64,000 bases of DNA from a virus (lineage: Duplodnaviria; Caudoviricetes): positions 178 to 64,177 of the IMG/VR virus record IMGVR_UViG_3300031853_000039; one strand, 5' to 3'. Both the position numbers and the translations under genes were made by a program. This document shows positions 16,837 to 26,915 of the stretch, piece by piece. Position 1 is the first letter of the stretch. Every line of letters begins with the position of its first letter. The notes beneath the pieces are model-generated. The model saw only the letters and a program-made list of their open reading frames with translations, was not told the DNA's origin and made no database searches.

Positions 16837-17052
16837 ATGGTAAAAGTTGACAGTGGATTTGTAATAAATAGTGATGGCAAAGTAAAATGCTCACTTATTG
16901 CAGATAGTAGAGATGATATTAAACCAGGTATGCAAATACAAGGGTTGCCTACAGAATATCAAGATAAATTAGATTTTGGAACTACTGTGTTTACAGCAGG
17001 TCAAGAACTTGGAATGCTGAAATCAGATGGTACATGGGATTGGGGTGATTAA
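16837..17052 (+). CDS. hypothetical protein (fibre-cassette first gene)
   Basis: RBS gaggagg, start moved to 16837. Confidence 0.65.
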   Translation: MVKVDSGFVINSDGKVKCSLIADSRDDIKPGMQIQGLPTEYQDKLDFGTTVFTAGQELGMLKSDGTWDWGD

Positions 17053-17054
17053 CT

Positions 17055-17552
17055 ATGTCAATAACAGCAGAACAAGCACTTGGTGCCGCTAAAACATATA
17101 CAAAACAAACAGCAGAGGGAATGGGCGCAGTAAAAGGTAAAAATGCGCAGTTGACATTACAAAGAACACAGCAAGATGATGGAGTACAATTAACATCAGA
17201 ATATTATGATGAGGAACAAGTAATTCACAGTTCTACATCATATTTGTATGATGGACCACAAGGACCAAAAGGTGAAACAGGTGCTACCGGACCACAAGGA
17301 CCAAAAGGTGATACCGGCGCAGACGGTAAAGATGGCAAGGACGGAGCAGATGGTGCAAAAGGTGATAAGGGCGACAAAGGCGATACCGGAAAAGGAATAA
17401 AATCAATTGACGCACCTGACCCGGATAAAGCAGAAATCGTTATAACGTATGACGATGATACAGAATCAGACCCTATTGAAATACCAACAGTAGAGGGACA
17501 TGATGAACCACTAACACCAGCACAGATAAATACGCTTATAGCGTTATTATGA
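17055..17552 (+). CDS. collagen-like fibre protein
   Basis: About 15 G-X-Y triplets (GPQGPKGETGATGPQGPKGDTG...). Confidence 0.85.
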   Translation: MSITAEQALGAAKTYTKQTAEGMGAVKGKNAQLTLQRTQQDDGVQLTSEYYDEEQVIHSSTSYLYDGPQGPKGETGATGPQGPKGDTGADGKDGKDGADGAKGDKGDKGDTGKGIKSIDAPDPDKAEIVITYDDDTESDPIEIPTVEGHDEPLTPAQINTLIALL

Positions 17553-17566
17553 AAGGAGAAATAACA

Positions 17567-18235
17567 ATGGGAAACTTTACAAGTTATGAAAATCAAACAG
17601 CGTTGATGACAGCAATTTCAAACAAGATTAAGGAAGCCGCAGGTGGTGGCGATAGTGCTTTTAATTTCAGAGGAAATAGCACGTTTGCAAACTTGCCAGA
17701 AGTGCTGACAACTACAATGGCAGGTTATGTTTACAACGTAACAGACGCTTTTACAACAGATTCACGTTTCGTAGAGGGCGCAGGAATTGAGTGCGAACCG
17801 GGTACGGATGTTATTGTAGCAGATATGTCAACATATGCAGAAGTAACACCGGAAGCAGGTGACAATCCATCAAGTGAAGGTTGGTACGAGATTGTAGATG
17901 GCAAGTATGTATTGAGTGAAGATACAGAAGTTGAAAGTGGAAAAACATACTATGCAAAAACTGTTGTTGTAAAGTTCAACTTGTTTAGTACGTCAGTAGA
18001 TATTAGTGGTATTTATGATATGATTGCTGATGAGTTTAGCACAGCAACAGCATACAACACAGGCGATGTAGTTATTTACAATGGCAAACTTTATAAGTTC
18101 AAAGCAGACCATGCCGCAGGTGCTTGGAGCAGTGCTGATGTAGATGAAAAAACAGTTGATGAACTTATTAGCGAAGCAGAGCCGAGTTCATTAACAACAG
18201 CACAGGTAAATGCACTTATTGCACTTCTTAACTGA
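17567..18235 (+). CDS. fibre segment with CBM5/12-like carbohydrate-binding module
   Basis: FSTATAYNTGDVVIYNGKLYKFKADHAAGAW motif. Confidence 0.65.
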   Translation: MGNFTSYENQTALMTAISNKIKEAAGGGDSAFNFRGNSTFANLPEVLTTTMAGYVYNVTDAFTTDSRFVEGAGIECEPGTDVIVADMSTYAEVTPEAGDNPSSEGWYEIVDGKYVLSEDTEVESGKTYYAKTVVVKFNLFSTSVDISGIYDMIADEFSTATAYNTGDVVIYNGKLYKFKADHAAGAWSSADVDEKTVDELISEAEPSSLTTAQVNALIALLN

Positions 18236-18249
18236 TAAGGAGAATTACA

Positions 18250-19869
18250 ATGAGCAATAAAAATTTTGTAGCATACGGAGATGCGGAAACTGTATTAACA
18301 GAATTTGCAAGTGACATAAAAGAAAAAGAATCCATATTCCGATTCTCTACAATGCCCACCGCATCATCAACAAACGTAGGGCAGATTATTCAGTATACAG
18401 GAGAAACAACGCAAGATTACACCAACGGCTACTTCTACAAATGCGTTGCAAAAGGAACAGACCCAGAAACATATGCATGGGAAGCACAGCCTGTTCAAGA
18501 AGGTGGTGGAAGTGGAAGTGATAAAGAAGATAAGTTCCGCTATTCTACGATGCCAGAGGCAAGTGCGACATATATTGATAAGGTTGTTCAATATATCGGA
18601 CAAACAAACAGCAATTACACGCAAGGATATTCGTATAAGGGTGGTTACGAAACAAAAGAATGTATAGGTGATGTTTCTGATTATGAAGGAACGGGAGATA
18701 GTAGAAACTATACTATATCCGCAAACAAACTTAATATGCAGACAATCCAACTCGGAGACACATATATAAAATATTTAGTTCCGATTATGAACGTAGGCGT
18801 TTTGAAGATAACAAAAGAACGCATTTTTGGAACAAGTGTAAATGATATGCGAACAGAGTTAGGTAGTACAGTTGGCGGAAAAGATTTATACGTTTCTAGT
18901 AGTTGGAATTCAATGATAATAGGAGATACAGTTGTTGAAGAAATTGACTTAACTCAATATAACGTATCTGAAATATATTTGTCATTTCATTTATCTGTTG
19001 GTAGTGGGAATAACACTGGTTTTGAAATATCTTCTATAGAAGCACCTAAATATGCGTGGCATGAAATTCCTGTGCAGAGTTTTTCATCTGATACTATTCA
19101 AAAAATAGAAGTAGAGGTAAATCCGACAACATTCAAGCCGACAAACGTGTATATAATGTACGAAGATGGCTTCGAAATCAAACCGTTTGCAACAGCAACA
19201 GATATAGAGATTGATGAAACATTAAAGCGTTATTATGCTGGTGCATTATCACTATCAGATATTCAACAAGTTTGGAGTATTGGTGACACAAGGGATATGT
19301 ACGTTGATACTATTCCTTACAAACAACCGCTTATGCCCGGACAAATGGGCGATGTGACTTTGCAAATGATGATTGTTGATTTCAATAAAAATACGCTTGA
19401 AACACCAACATCAGAGAGAACAAAAGCGTTATTGTGTTTACATTCAAAGTACAACTTCGGAAATATTGGTATGGATGATAGAGCCGCAATAAGTAGTGGA
19501 TATGGTTGGGAAAACTTGAAATTAAGAGCATGGTTAAACGATAATTTCAAAGATGCTATGCCTAGTGCTATGGTATCAAGAATTAAAAGTGTTCAAAGAA
19601 CATTCGGAAACACTACACTGTATGATGAGATATATGTATTGAGTAGAGAAGAAGCATACGGTGGGTATTCGTACTATGATTCAGATGTCAAGCGAATTAA
19701 AATTGGCTCTGGTGGTGGTACGGTTGCGTGGTGGTTATGCAACGAATCGGGCAATCCATCAGCAGGCACAGGATTGGTTTATCCACAATTTGTTAATCCA
19801 CAAGGACAGCAACAATGGGCAGGTGGTTACACAGGACGAAACGGGTGTATTCCTGCATTTTGTATATAA
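18250..19869 (+). CDS. fibre/adhesin with duplicated N-terminal module and DUF6273/C-type-lectin-like C-terminal domain
   Basis: Two copies of F-x-(F/Y)STMP-x-AS...QY-x-G-x-T...YT-x-GY-x-YK; C-terminal WENLKLRAWLN...YVLSREE...WWLCN...GCIPAFCI. Confidence 0.65.
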   Translation: MSNKNFVAYGDAETVLTEFASDIKEKESIFRFSTMPTASSTNVGQIIQYTGETTQDYTNGYFYKCVAKGTDPETYAWEAQPVQEGGGSGSDKEDKFRYSTMPEASATYIDKVVQYIGQTNSNYTQGYSYKGGYETKECIGDVSDYEGTGDSRNYTISANKLNMQTIQLGDTYIKYLVPIMNVGVLKITKERIFGTSVNDMRTELGSTVGGKDLYVSSSWNSMIIGDTVVEEIDLTQYNVSEIYLSFHLSVGSGNNTGFEISSIEAPKYAWHEIPVQSFSSDTIQKIEVEVNPTTFKPTNVYIMYEDGFEIKPFATATDIEIDETLKRYYAGALSLSDIQQVWSIGDTRDMYVDTIPYKQPLMPGQMGDVTLQMMIVDFNKNTLETPTSERTKALLCLHSKYNFGNIGMDDRAAISSGYGWENLKLRAWLNDNFKDAMPSAMVSRIKSVQRTFGNTTLYDEIYVLSREEAYGGYSYYDSDVKRIKIGSGGGTVAWWLCNESGNPSAGTGLVYPQFVNPQGQQQWAGGYTGRNGCIPAFCI

Positions 19870-19888
19870 AAGAAGGAGGTGTATATAA

Positions 19889-20407
19889 ATGTTATCAAGA
19901 GTAAATTTAGCATTAAAAGATGATGTGCCAGAGTTGGCAACGACCTCCGATATAAACGCAATAAAAGAGAGGTTTCATCCGAGCAATACAGCTAATGTGA
20001 ATATCGTGCCGTATGAGATATACGATGAAGATGAACACGTTGTTGGCGAGTGGAGAGAAACGATAGACGGGGTTAAGAAGAAGAAACCTGTGTATGAGAA
20101 AAGGTTAGTATATAATACTCCAACAACAGGAAGTACATCAATAACGGTAGGCACAGTTGAGAATACAGATACAAGGTTTATCCATGACGGTTTTTATATA
20201 AACAATAACGGAGATTTTGCCACTGTTGGTGCGTCTTTGGATTTGACGGCTGTTGGAAGAAATACAAGCGAAACCACCTATGCTTCTTACACGGCATTTA
20301 ATCCAAACGGTGAAATTAAGGTGTATTTTGGTTCTACTACGGCATCGTCAAAAACTATTGTTATAGTTCGTTACACCAAAACAACCGACCAATGGCAACC
20401 TGTATAA
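19889..20407 (+). CDS. fibre-associated protein
   Basis: Shares the EH-x-V-x-x-W-x-E-x-IDGV..KKPVYEK...RYTK-x-TD-x-WQ domain with the C-terminus of 20425. Confidence 0.6.
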   Translation: MLSRVNLALKDDVPELATTSDINAIKERFHPSNTANVNIVPYEIYDEDEHVVGEWRETIDGVKKKKPVYEKRLVYNTPTTGSTSITVGTVENTDTRFIHDGFYINNNGDFATVGASLDLTAVGRNTSETTYASYTAFNPNGEIKVYFGSTTASSKTIVIVRYTKTTDQWQPV

Positions 20408-20424
20408 GAAAGGAGAAAACATAA

Positions 20425-21384
20425 ATGTCAAAGAAATATATAAACGATTCACAAACAAGTGAAATAGTTAAATATATATCCGATAATATGAAACTTCCCT
20501 TGATTGGGGCAGGAGGAGGATTTGCACCGATTGGTACAATAAACTTCTTTGACGCAACAGTTGCCCCTCTTGGTTGGCTTGCTTGTGACGGAAGTACATA
20601 TAACATAGCAGACTATCCTGAATTGGCTACATACTATGCAAGCGTTCACGGTTCAGCAAATTTCTATGGTGGAGATGGCACTACTACGTTTGCCGTACCT
20701 GACTTGCAAGGAGAGTTTTTGAGAGGTAGTGGTACTAATAGTCATACTAATCAAGGCAATGGCGCTAATGTTGGTGTGCATCAAGATGCGTCATATATTA
20801 ACCCCATAAGTGAATCAGGATATTTGTATTCAGTAAAAACTGATGGCTCAGCCCAAAACTATGATAAAGTAGTGAGTGGAAATTCGAGAAATTATTTAGC
20901 ATCCCCACAAACTGATTTGGGTGGGCAAAAGGCAACCACTCGTCCGACCAACACATCATTCCTTATCTGTGTCAAAGCCACCCTATCAGATGCAGAAATA
21001 AACGCATTTAATGTATATACTCCAAGAGAACATCAAGTGGCTTGGTGGGAAGAAGAAATTGACGGTGTGTGGAAGAGGAAACCTGTGTATGAGAAGGAGA
21101 TAAATGGTATTACACCTGCGGCACAAGATAGTGATTTTGAAGTGATGAATATTACTTCACTATCTATTGAAAGGGTAGTACAAATGAGAGGTACTTTTGG
21201 CGATAATAGTGAAGGAATTGCCGAGATTAACTATTTAATTACAGATGCAGGTAAACAAGTAGGTGTATATTCATATATATACAATAATGTGTTACATATG
21301 ACTACTAAAAACAGAAATAGAGCAGAGCAATATACTATTCAATTACGCTACACCAAATCAACCGATGATTGGCAAACTTCTTGA
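20425..21384 (+). CDS. phage tail-collar domain fibre protein
   Basis: PIGTINFF...PLGWLACDGSTY...YPELA...FAVPDLQGEFLRG...TRPTNTSFLICVK. Confidence 0.85.
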   Translation: MSKKYINDSQTSEIVKYISDNMKLPLIGAGGGFAPIGTINFFDATVAPLGWLACDGSTYNIADYPELATYYASVHGSANFYGGDGTTTFAVPDLQGEFLRGSGTNSHTNQGNGANVGVHQDASYINPISESGYLYSVKTDGSAQNYDKVVSGNSRNYLASPQTDLGGQKATTRPTNTSFLICVKATLSDAEINAFNVYTPREHQVAWWEEEIDGVWKRKPVYEKEINGITPAAQDSDFEVMNITSLSIERVVQMRGTFGDNSEGIAEINYLITDAGKQVGVYSYIYNNVLHMTTKNRNRAEQYTIQLRYTKSTDDWQTS

Positions 21385-21396
21385 TGGAGGTGGGGG

Positions 21397-22626
21397 ATGA
21401 TAAGTGAATCAGAACTTGAAAGATATATACAACCCATATTAGAGCGTCAATATGAAATCAATAATTTTGTTATTGGTAAAATAGCGCAACGTATTAAAGA
21501 GATAGGTGAGGTAAAAGTTTCTGATTTACACAAGTTAGAAAGTCTATATAAAATGGGGGCAGATGCAAGAGCAATAAATGCAGAAATAGCAAGGCTCACA
21601 GGACTTAATATACAAGATATAAAAAGCATGATAAGAACAGTAGCAATGCTAGATTATGCAGACACAAGACCATTTTATGATTATAGACATAAACCATTTA
21701 TACCGTTTGCACAAAACAAACAATTATTGCGCTATGTAAATGTTATGGCAAATCAAACAGCATTACAGTATAAAAACATATCAAAAGCACAAGGTTTTAT
21801 GATACGTGATTCACAAACAAACAAGCTAAAAATGACAAGTATTTCAAAGACATATCAGCAAGTAGTAGATAGAGCAATACAAGCTACATCACAAGGTACA
21901 GTAGACTACAATACAGCAATGAGAAATACTATAAAAGAGCTTGTCGATAGTGGGTTACGTAGAATAGAATATAATCCCGAAAGTGGTAGAAGCTATACAC
22001 AAAGAATGGATAGCGCAGTAAGAAGAAATATACTTGATGGCGTAAGAGCTATGAATCAAGGTATGCAGGATATAGTAGGACAACAATTTGGAGCAAACGG
22101 TAAAGAAATGTCAGTACATATGAATCCTGCATTAGACCACGAACATCTACAAGGTCATATTTATAGCAATGAAGAGTTTGAGAAAATGCAAAGCGCAGAG
22201 GACTTTGAAGATGTAGATGGAGTGCAGTACGAAGCCATAGAACGTGCAATAGGCACGTTAAATTGCCGCCATTTTATGTATAGTATTATCATAGGGGTAA
22301 ATAAGCCTAACTATACAAAAGAGCAATTACAAGCTATTATAGAGCGTAATCACGAAGGATATACAAACGCTAAAGGCAAGCATATGACCATGTATGATTG
22401 TACGCAGTATCAAAGACAGTTAGAAACAAAAGTACGCTATATGAAAGATGGTGTTATGGCGGCGAAAGAAGCAGGCAATACAGAATTAGCTCAATGGTAT
22501 CAAGCAAGAGTAGATAGATATAGAAATCAATATGAGCAATTCAGCAAAGCGTGTGGACTTGGAATGAAGAAATCCAAAATGACAGTATCAGGATATAGAC
22601 GAGTTTCGATGAAGAAAGGAGCTTAA
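21397..22626 (+). CDS. minor capsid protein (A118 gp4/MuF-like head morphogenesis)
   Basis: DSAVRRNILDGV, H-x-NP-x-x-DHEHLQG, NCRH, QRQLETKVR. Confidence 0.85.
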   Translation: MISESELERYIQPILERQYEINNFVIGKIAQRIKEIGEVKVSDLHKLESLYKMGADARAINAEIARLTGLNIQDIKSMIRTVAMLDYADTRPFYDYRHKPFIPFAQNKQLLRYVNVMANQTALQYKNISKAQGFMIRDSQTNKLKMTSISKTYQQVVDRAIQATSQGTVDYNTAMRNTIKELVDSGLRRIEYNPESGRSYTQRMDSAVRRNILDGVRAMNQGMQDIVGQQFGANGKEMSVHMNPALDHEHLQGHIYSNEEFEKMQSAEDFEDVDGVQYEAIERAIGTLNCRHFMYSIIIGVNKPNYTKEQLQAIIERNHEGYTNAKGKHMTMYDCTQYQRQLETKVRYMKDGVMAAKEAGNTELAQWYQARVDRYRNQYEQFSKACGLGMKKSKMTVSGYRRVSMKKGA

Positions 22627-22627
22627 A

Positions 22628-22747
22628 ATGACAGAGTATGTTATCACAGACAAAGAAGGAAATGAGGTTGCTAAAATAGCGGTAACTGGTAGTATTGTAA
22701 TTGAATTAGACACAGAAAATTATGATATAAAAAGCATAGAAAAATGA
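22628..22747 (+). CDS. 39-aa hypothetical protein (not in track)
   Basis: ATG 22628 after RBS aagga. Confidence 0.4.
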   Translation: MTEYVITDKEGNEVAKIAVTGSIVIELDTENYDIKSIEK

Positions 22748-22756
22748 TAAAAACAC

Positions 22757-22785
22757 TTTACTTTTATGGTAAAATGTTGTATAAT
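22757..22785 (+). promoter_or_regulatory. sigma-A promoter, class 2
   Basis: TTTACT-17-TATAAT. Confidence 0.7.
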
Positions 22786-22802
22786 ATAATGGGTGGGAAA
22801 AA

Positions 22803-23297
22803 ATGGATAAAGTAGCAGAGTCACTTCAATCAGATAATGGTTGGATTATAGCCATTCTGATTGTAATTATAATTGTCTTACTAATAATAGGCGCAAGACA
22901 TGGACTTGTAAAAATAAAGACAACAAAATTACAAGTAGGCATTGATGCAAGTGATAGGGTGCATCAAATAATAAAACATCAAAAAGATTGGGTTAAAATA
23001 GCAGTAAGTGCTTTTAATCGTAAAATACCGAAGCATGATGATTATAACGAATTTAGAGGAATGTTTATTCTCGAAAAATGCTTAAATGAGATAAATGATT
23101 GGATTGATTTGAACCACATAGAGGATAAAAAATCATATATAGAATTAAAGCAAGAGCTTATATGGAATTTACTTTTATCCTACACCGAGAAAAAAGAGTT
23201 ACGGTCAGAGAAGTTTAAGAAAGACGTTTATGATTATGTAGAATATATCATAAAAAATCTTGTAAGAATTCGTAAACAATATAATGACGAAGAGTAG
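22803..23297 (+). CDS. N-terminally anchored membrane protein preceding the holin
   Basis: WIIAILIVIIIVLLIIG TM helix. Confidence 0.7.
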   Translation: MDKVAESLQSDNGWIIAILIVIIIVLLIIGARHGLVKIKTTKLQVGIDASDRVHQIIKHQKDWVKIAVSAFNRKIPKHDDYNEFRGMFILEKCLNEINDWIDLNHIEDKKSYIELKQELIWNLLLSYTEKKELRSEKFKKDVYDYVEYIIKNLVRIRKQYNDEE

Positions 23298-23310
23298 GAG
23301 GTGAGATACA

Positions 23311-23532
23311 ATGAGAATGAGTAACAAAGTTTACAATGTATTGAAGTATATCGCATTGGTAGCACTGCCAGCACTTGGGGCATTCTATTTCGCACTTTCG
23401 TCTATATGGGGACTTCCATACGGAGAGCAGATAGTAGGTACAATAGCGGCAATAGACACGCTTTTAGGAGCATTGCTTGGTATTAGTACAAAGAAGTATA
23501 ATAAAGAATTAGATGATGCTTCAGATATTTAA
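23311..23532 (+). CDS. holin (Dp-1-like) with Met-Arg-Met dual start
   Basis: MSNKVYNVLKYIALVALPALGAFY..IWGLPYGEQIVGTIAAIDTLLGALLGIS. Confidence 0.88.
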   Translation: MRMSNKVYNVLKYIALVALPALGAFYFALSSIWGLPYGEQIVGTIAAIDTLLGALLGISTKKYNKELDDASDI

Positions 23533-23671
23533 GGATAACAATGCCAACAAGCATTTTATCATATAATTTCGACTAGCCTAAAGTCAGATAAACAAAGGCA
23601 CATTCAAGCGCAGAAGTGGGTAGTGCGCATTTACAAATCAACCACAGTAAAAAGAATGTAAGGAGATACTT

Positions 23672-24337
23672 ATGGACATTAAGGAGTTGTTTGACAATGC
23701 GGAAGATGGAGTGCTTAATTACGAGCAGTTTGTAGAAGCCGCAAAAGAAGCAGGAGCAAAGTTTACAGACCTCAATGAAGGCAAGTATGTATCAAAGAAA
23801 AAGTACGAGGATGAAATCACTGCAAAAGCAAGTGAGATTGAAACTCTTAATGGTACACTTTCTACAAGAGATACAGACCTTGCAGAGTTGCAAAAACGCC
23901 TTGAAGAGGTGGGAGTAGATGGAGATAAACTTGCACAGCTTACAGCAGATTTTGATAGCTTGAATAATAAGTACAAAGAGGACAAGAAAGCATATGAAGC
24001 ACAGCTTAAAAAACAAGCTTATGAGTTTGCTGTAAAGGAGTTTGCAAACAACAAACAGTTCACAAGTAATGCGGCAAAGCGTGATTTTATTCAGTCAATG
24101 CTTAACGCAGATTTGAAAGTGGATAACGGAGCAATTTTTGGGGCAGAAGATTTTGCAAAACAATACGCTGAAGCAAATGAAGATGCGTTCAAAGTAGAGC
24201 AACCTGCTGAACCAGTATATGAAGCACCAAAGCCACAATTCGTAACAACTACACCAGGCGCAGAAGATTATACACCGGATGCGGCTAGTGAGTTTGTAAA
24301 TGCTTTTCATTTTGCAGGAGTAAGAAGTGACGATTAA
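23672..24337 (+). CDS. capsid scaffolding protein
   Basis: Coiled coil, YVSKKKY motif, directly before the MCP. Confidence 0.8.
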   Translation: MDIKELFDNAEDGVLNYEQFVEAAKEAGAKFTDLNEGKYVSKKKYEDEITAKASEIETLNGTLSTRDTDLAELQKRLEEVGVDGDKLAQLTADFDSLNNKYKEDKKAYEAQLKKQAYEFAVKEFANNKQFTSNAAKRDFIQSMLNADLKVDNGAIFGAEDFAKQYAEANEDAFKVEQPAEPVYEAPKPQFVTTTPGAEDYTPDAASEFVNAFHFAGVRSDD

Positions 24338-24357
24338 AAGAAAGGAAGGTAAGACTT

Positions 24358-25314
24358 ATGTCAGCACCAGCAAACAACGGAGTGCCGCCGACAAGTATGC
24401 AGGCACTCAACTATGCAACAGATTATGGTAGGGCACTTTCACAGAAGTTCCCATACGTGCTTAATTTTGGAAAACTTTATAGCACACCGAACAACGGAAG
24501 ATTTCGTTGGATTAACGCAAAAACAATCGAGATTCCGAGCATTTCAACAACAGGTCGTGTAAACGCTAATCGTGATAGTATTTCACTTGCACAACGTAAC
24601 TTTGACAATAGTTGGGAGCCGAAAACTCTTACAAACGAGAGAAAGTGGTCAACACTTGTTCATCCGAAAGACATTGACCAGACTAACATGGTTACAACTA
24701 TTGCTAATATTACACAGGTATTCAATGAGGAGCATAAGTTCCCCGAGATGGATGCTTACTGTGTATCGAAGATTTACACAGACTGGCTTGCAACTACTAA
24801 TACTGATACAGGAGTTGCTCATACAGCAGATACCACAGTGCTTACAGCAGAGAATATTCTTTCTGTATTTGATAAGCTTATGCTTGAGATGGACAACAGA
24901 CGTGTACCACCGAATGGCAGAATCTTGTATGTAACTAACGAGATTTCTTATATGCTCAAGAACGCAGAGAAGATTAGTCGTTCAATGGACATTACGTCTG
25001 GACCGAACAAGATTGATAGACGTATCAACAGACTTGAGGAAGTTGAGGTTATTCCGGTTCCTGCAACACTTATGAAAACAGCTTATGACTTCACAAGTGA
25101 TTGGGCAATTGACCCGTCAGCAGACCAGATTAACATGATGCTCATTCATCCTCTTGCAGTAATCACACCGGTATCATACGAGTTTAGTAAACTTGATGCA
25201 CCGAGTGCTGGTTCAGAAGGAAAGTACATCTATTACGAGGAGTCATTCGAGGATGTATTTATTTTGAACAAGAAGAGTGACGCAATTCAGTTTAACATCA
25301 CCGAGCATGAGTGA
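24358..25314 (+). CDS. major capsid protein
   Basis: 318 aa after the scaffold; high-expression codon bias; TIEIPSI, HPKDIDQTN, FPEMDAY, RILYVT motifs. Confidence 0.88.
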   Translation: MSAPANNGVPPTSMQALNYATDYGRALSQKFPYVLNFGKLYSTPNNGRFRWINAKTIEIPSISTTGRVNANRDSISLAQRNFDNSWEPKTLTNERKWSTLVHPKDIDQTNMVTTIANITQVFNEEHKFPEMDAYCVSKIYTDWLATTNTDTGVAHTADTTVLTAENILSVFDKLMLEMDNRRVPPNGRILYVTNEISYMLKNAEKISRSMDITSGPNKIDRRINRLEEVEVIPVPATLMKTAYDFTSDWAIDPSADQINMMLIHPLAVITPVSYEFSKLDAPSAGSEGKYIYYEESFEDVFILNKKSDAIQFNITEHE

Positions 25315-25326
25315 TAGGAGTTTGTT

Positions 25327-25620
25327 ATGGAAGAAGAAGTAAAGGTTAAACGAGCTAATGTCATTTTACGAGTTCCTAAAGAGCAAGCAAAAGAGTATTT
25401 AGCAAAGGGTTTTGATGTACTTGCAGAGGACGGAAGTATTGCACAAGCAACAATTCCAAATGATGTAAATGTACTGAAGCAAGCCTATGTTGAACATCTT
25501 GCAAAAATTAAAGAGTTAGAGAACAAATTGGCAGAGGCTAGTAAACCAAAAACAGTCGCTAAAAAAGCAGAGACAGACGCTACACCAAAGAAGCGTACTA
25601 CAAAAGCTAAAAATGAGTGA
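25327..25620 (+). CDS. hypothetical head-associated protein
   Basis: Position after the MCP. Confidence 0.6.
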   Translation: MEEEVKVKRANVILRVPKEQAKEYLAKGFDVLAEDGSIAQATIPNDVNVLKQAYVEHLAKIKELENKLAEASKPKTVAKKAETDATPKKRTTKAKNE

Positions 25621-25647
25621 CTTGGTCATTGGAAGGTGGTGGAATCA

Positions 25648-26064
25648 ATGTATCTTTTGTATAGCGAATATCAAGATATGGGAGGGACGTTAGATGAAAC
25701 CACCTTCAATGATATTTCGTTTGAGGCGGAAGCAAGAATAAATTGGTACACTTTCAACAGATTAGAAAATGAAACAGAGATACCTGAAAAAGTCAAGAAG
25801 TGTATGTTTTACTTAATACGTTTAATAAACGACCAAAGAAACACCACTGGAGTTGGCACAGAGTCAGGTACAAGTGGAGTAGGTGCTACGGTAGCAAGTC
25901 AATCTAATGATGGAGTATCAATTAGTTATAATGTTTTGTCAGCAAGTGATGCTTCAAAACTCATTGAAGATAGTCTGAAACAAGCGGTAAGAATGTACTT
26001 ACAAGGTGCAAAGAATAGTTTAGGTCAAAACTTATTATATCGTGGATTGTATAAGGGAGAATAA
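25648..26064 (+). CDS. head-tail connector/adaptor
   Basis: ARINWYTFNRL..VKKCMFYLI..SQSNDGVSISY..LLYRG. Confidence 0.8.
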   Translation: MYLLYSEYQDMGGTLDETTFNDISFEAEARINWYTFNRLENETEIPEKVKKCMFYLIRLINDQRNTTGVGTESGTSGVGATVASQSNDGVSISYNVLSASDASKLIEDSLKQAVRMYLQGAKNSLGQNLLYRGLYKGE

Positions 26065-26067
26065 GCA

Positions 26068-26514
26068 ATGAATATTTATCCTGAATGGTGGGACACATCA
26101 ATTACAATTTACAACAGAGTAGATGACCCACAAACTAACGTCATAAGATGGTATAAACATACTATTGACGGAGCATTTTGGAAGTATATAAAGGACAAAG
26201 TTACAGTTGGTGAAACTGTAATTGAGACCAATAAGATTATATGTCGTATTCGTAAAGATGATAACTATATGGATAAGGCAGAGTGGTTAGCACTTCCAAA
26301 CGATAAGAAGGAAAGCTATTTTACACTTGGTCAAAAAGACATTATAATCAAAGGCGCAGTTGATGATGAAATAGATGAGTATGTAAAAGGGCATCGAAGC
26401 ACAGACATTATAGCAAAATACAAAGCGTTGCAAGGATGTATGGAAGTTGACCGTGCGGCAGATAACACAGGTGGAGGACGTGGACAAGAGCATTATGTGG
26501 CAGAGGGTATCTAA
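26068..26514 (+). CDS. head closure-type structural protein
   Basis: Position; TSITIYN..HYVAEG. Confidence 0.65.
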   Translation: MNIYPEWWDTSITIYNRVDDPQTNVIRWYKHTIDGAFWKYIKDKVTVGETVIETNKIICRIRKDDNYMDKAEWLALPNDKKESYFTLGQKDIIIKGAVDDEIDEYVKGHRSTDIIAKYKALQGCMEVDRAADNTGGGRGQEHYVAEGI

Positions 26515-26516
26515 TT

Positions 26517-26915
26517 ATGTTTAGTGTAAAAGTAGATTTCAACATAAACGCTATACAGAAAAAAGTAGATAATCTTATAAACGAAGAAACAATGCTTGCA
26601 ATTCACAATACATTCGCTAAAATGTGTGATGAATATGTACCATTTTTAGAAGGGCCACTTTCACAATCAGGTATGGCACAAGTTAGTGCAGAGTTTGTGA
26701 GATATGGTGGAAGCTCTTATAAATTGGACAATAGACCAAACGGCGTACCATATGGTAGGTATCAATACTACGGTGAAGGCTTTAATCATACAAAAGATTA
26801 TCATCCTAAAGCAACAGCATTTTGGGATAAAGCAATGATGCGAGAAAAAGGTGAACAATTCACACAACAAGTCAAAGCAATACTTGTAAGGAGGGCAAAA
26901 GAGTTATATGGATAA
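26517..26915 (+). CDS. minor capsid/neck protein
   Basis: YVPFLEGPLS..PYGRYQYYG..WDKAM. Confidence 0.75.
   Translation: MFSVKVDFNINAIQKKVDNLINEETMLAIHNTFAKMCDEYVPFLEGPLSQSGMAQVSAEFVRYGGSSYKLDNRPNGVPYGRYQYYGEGFNHTKDYHPKATAFWDKAMMREKGEQFTQQVKAILVRRAKELYG

Noticed and set aside
19300-19869. Diversity-generating retroelement target (DUF6273/C-lectin-like C-terminus)
   Set aside because: No reverse transcriptase and no second, adenine-variant copy of the 3' region were seen in the window
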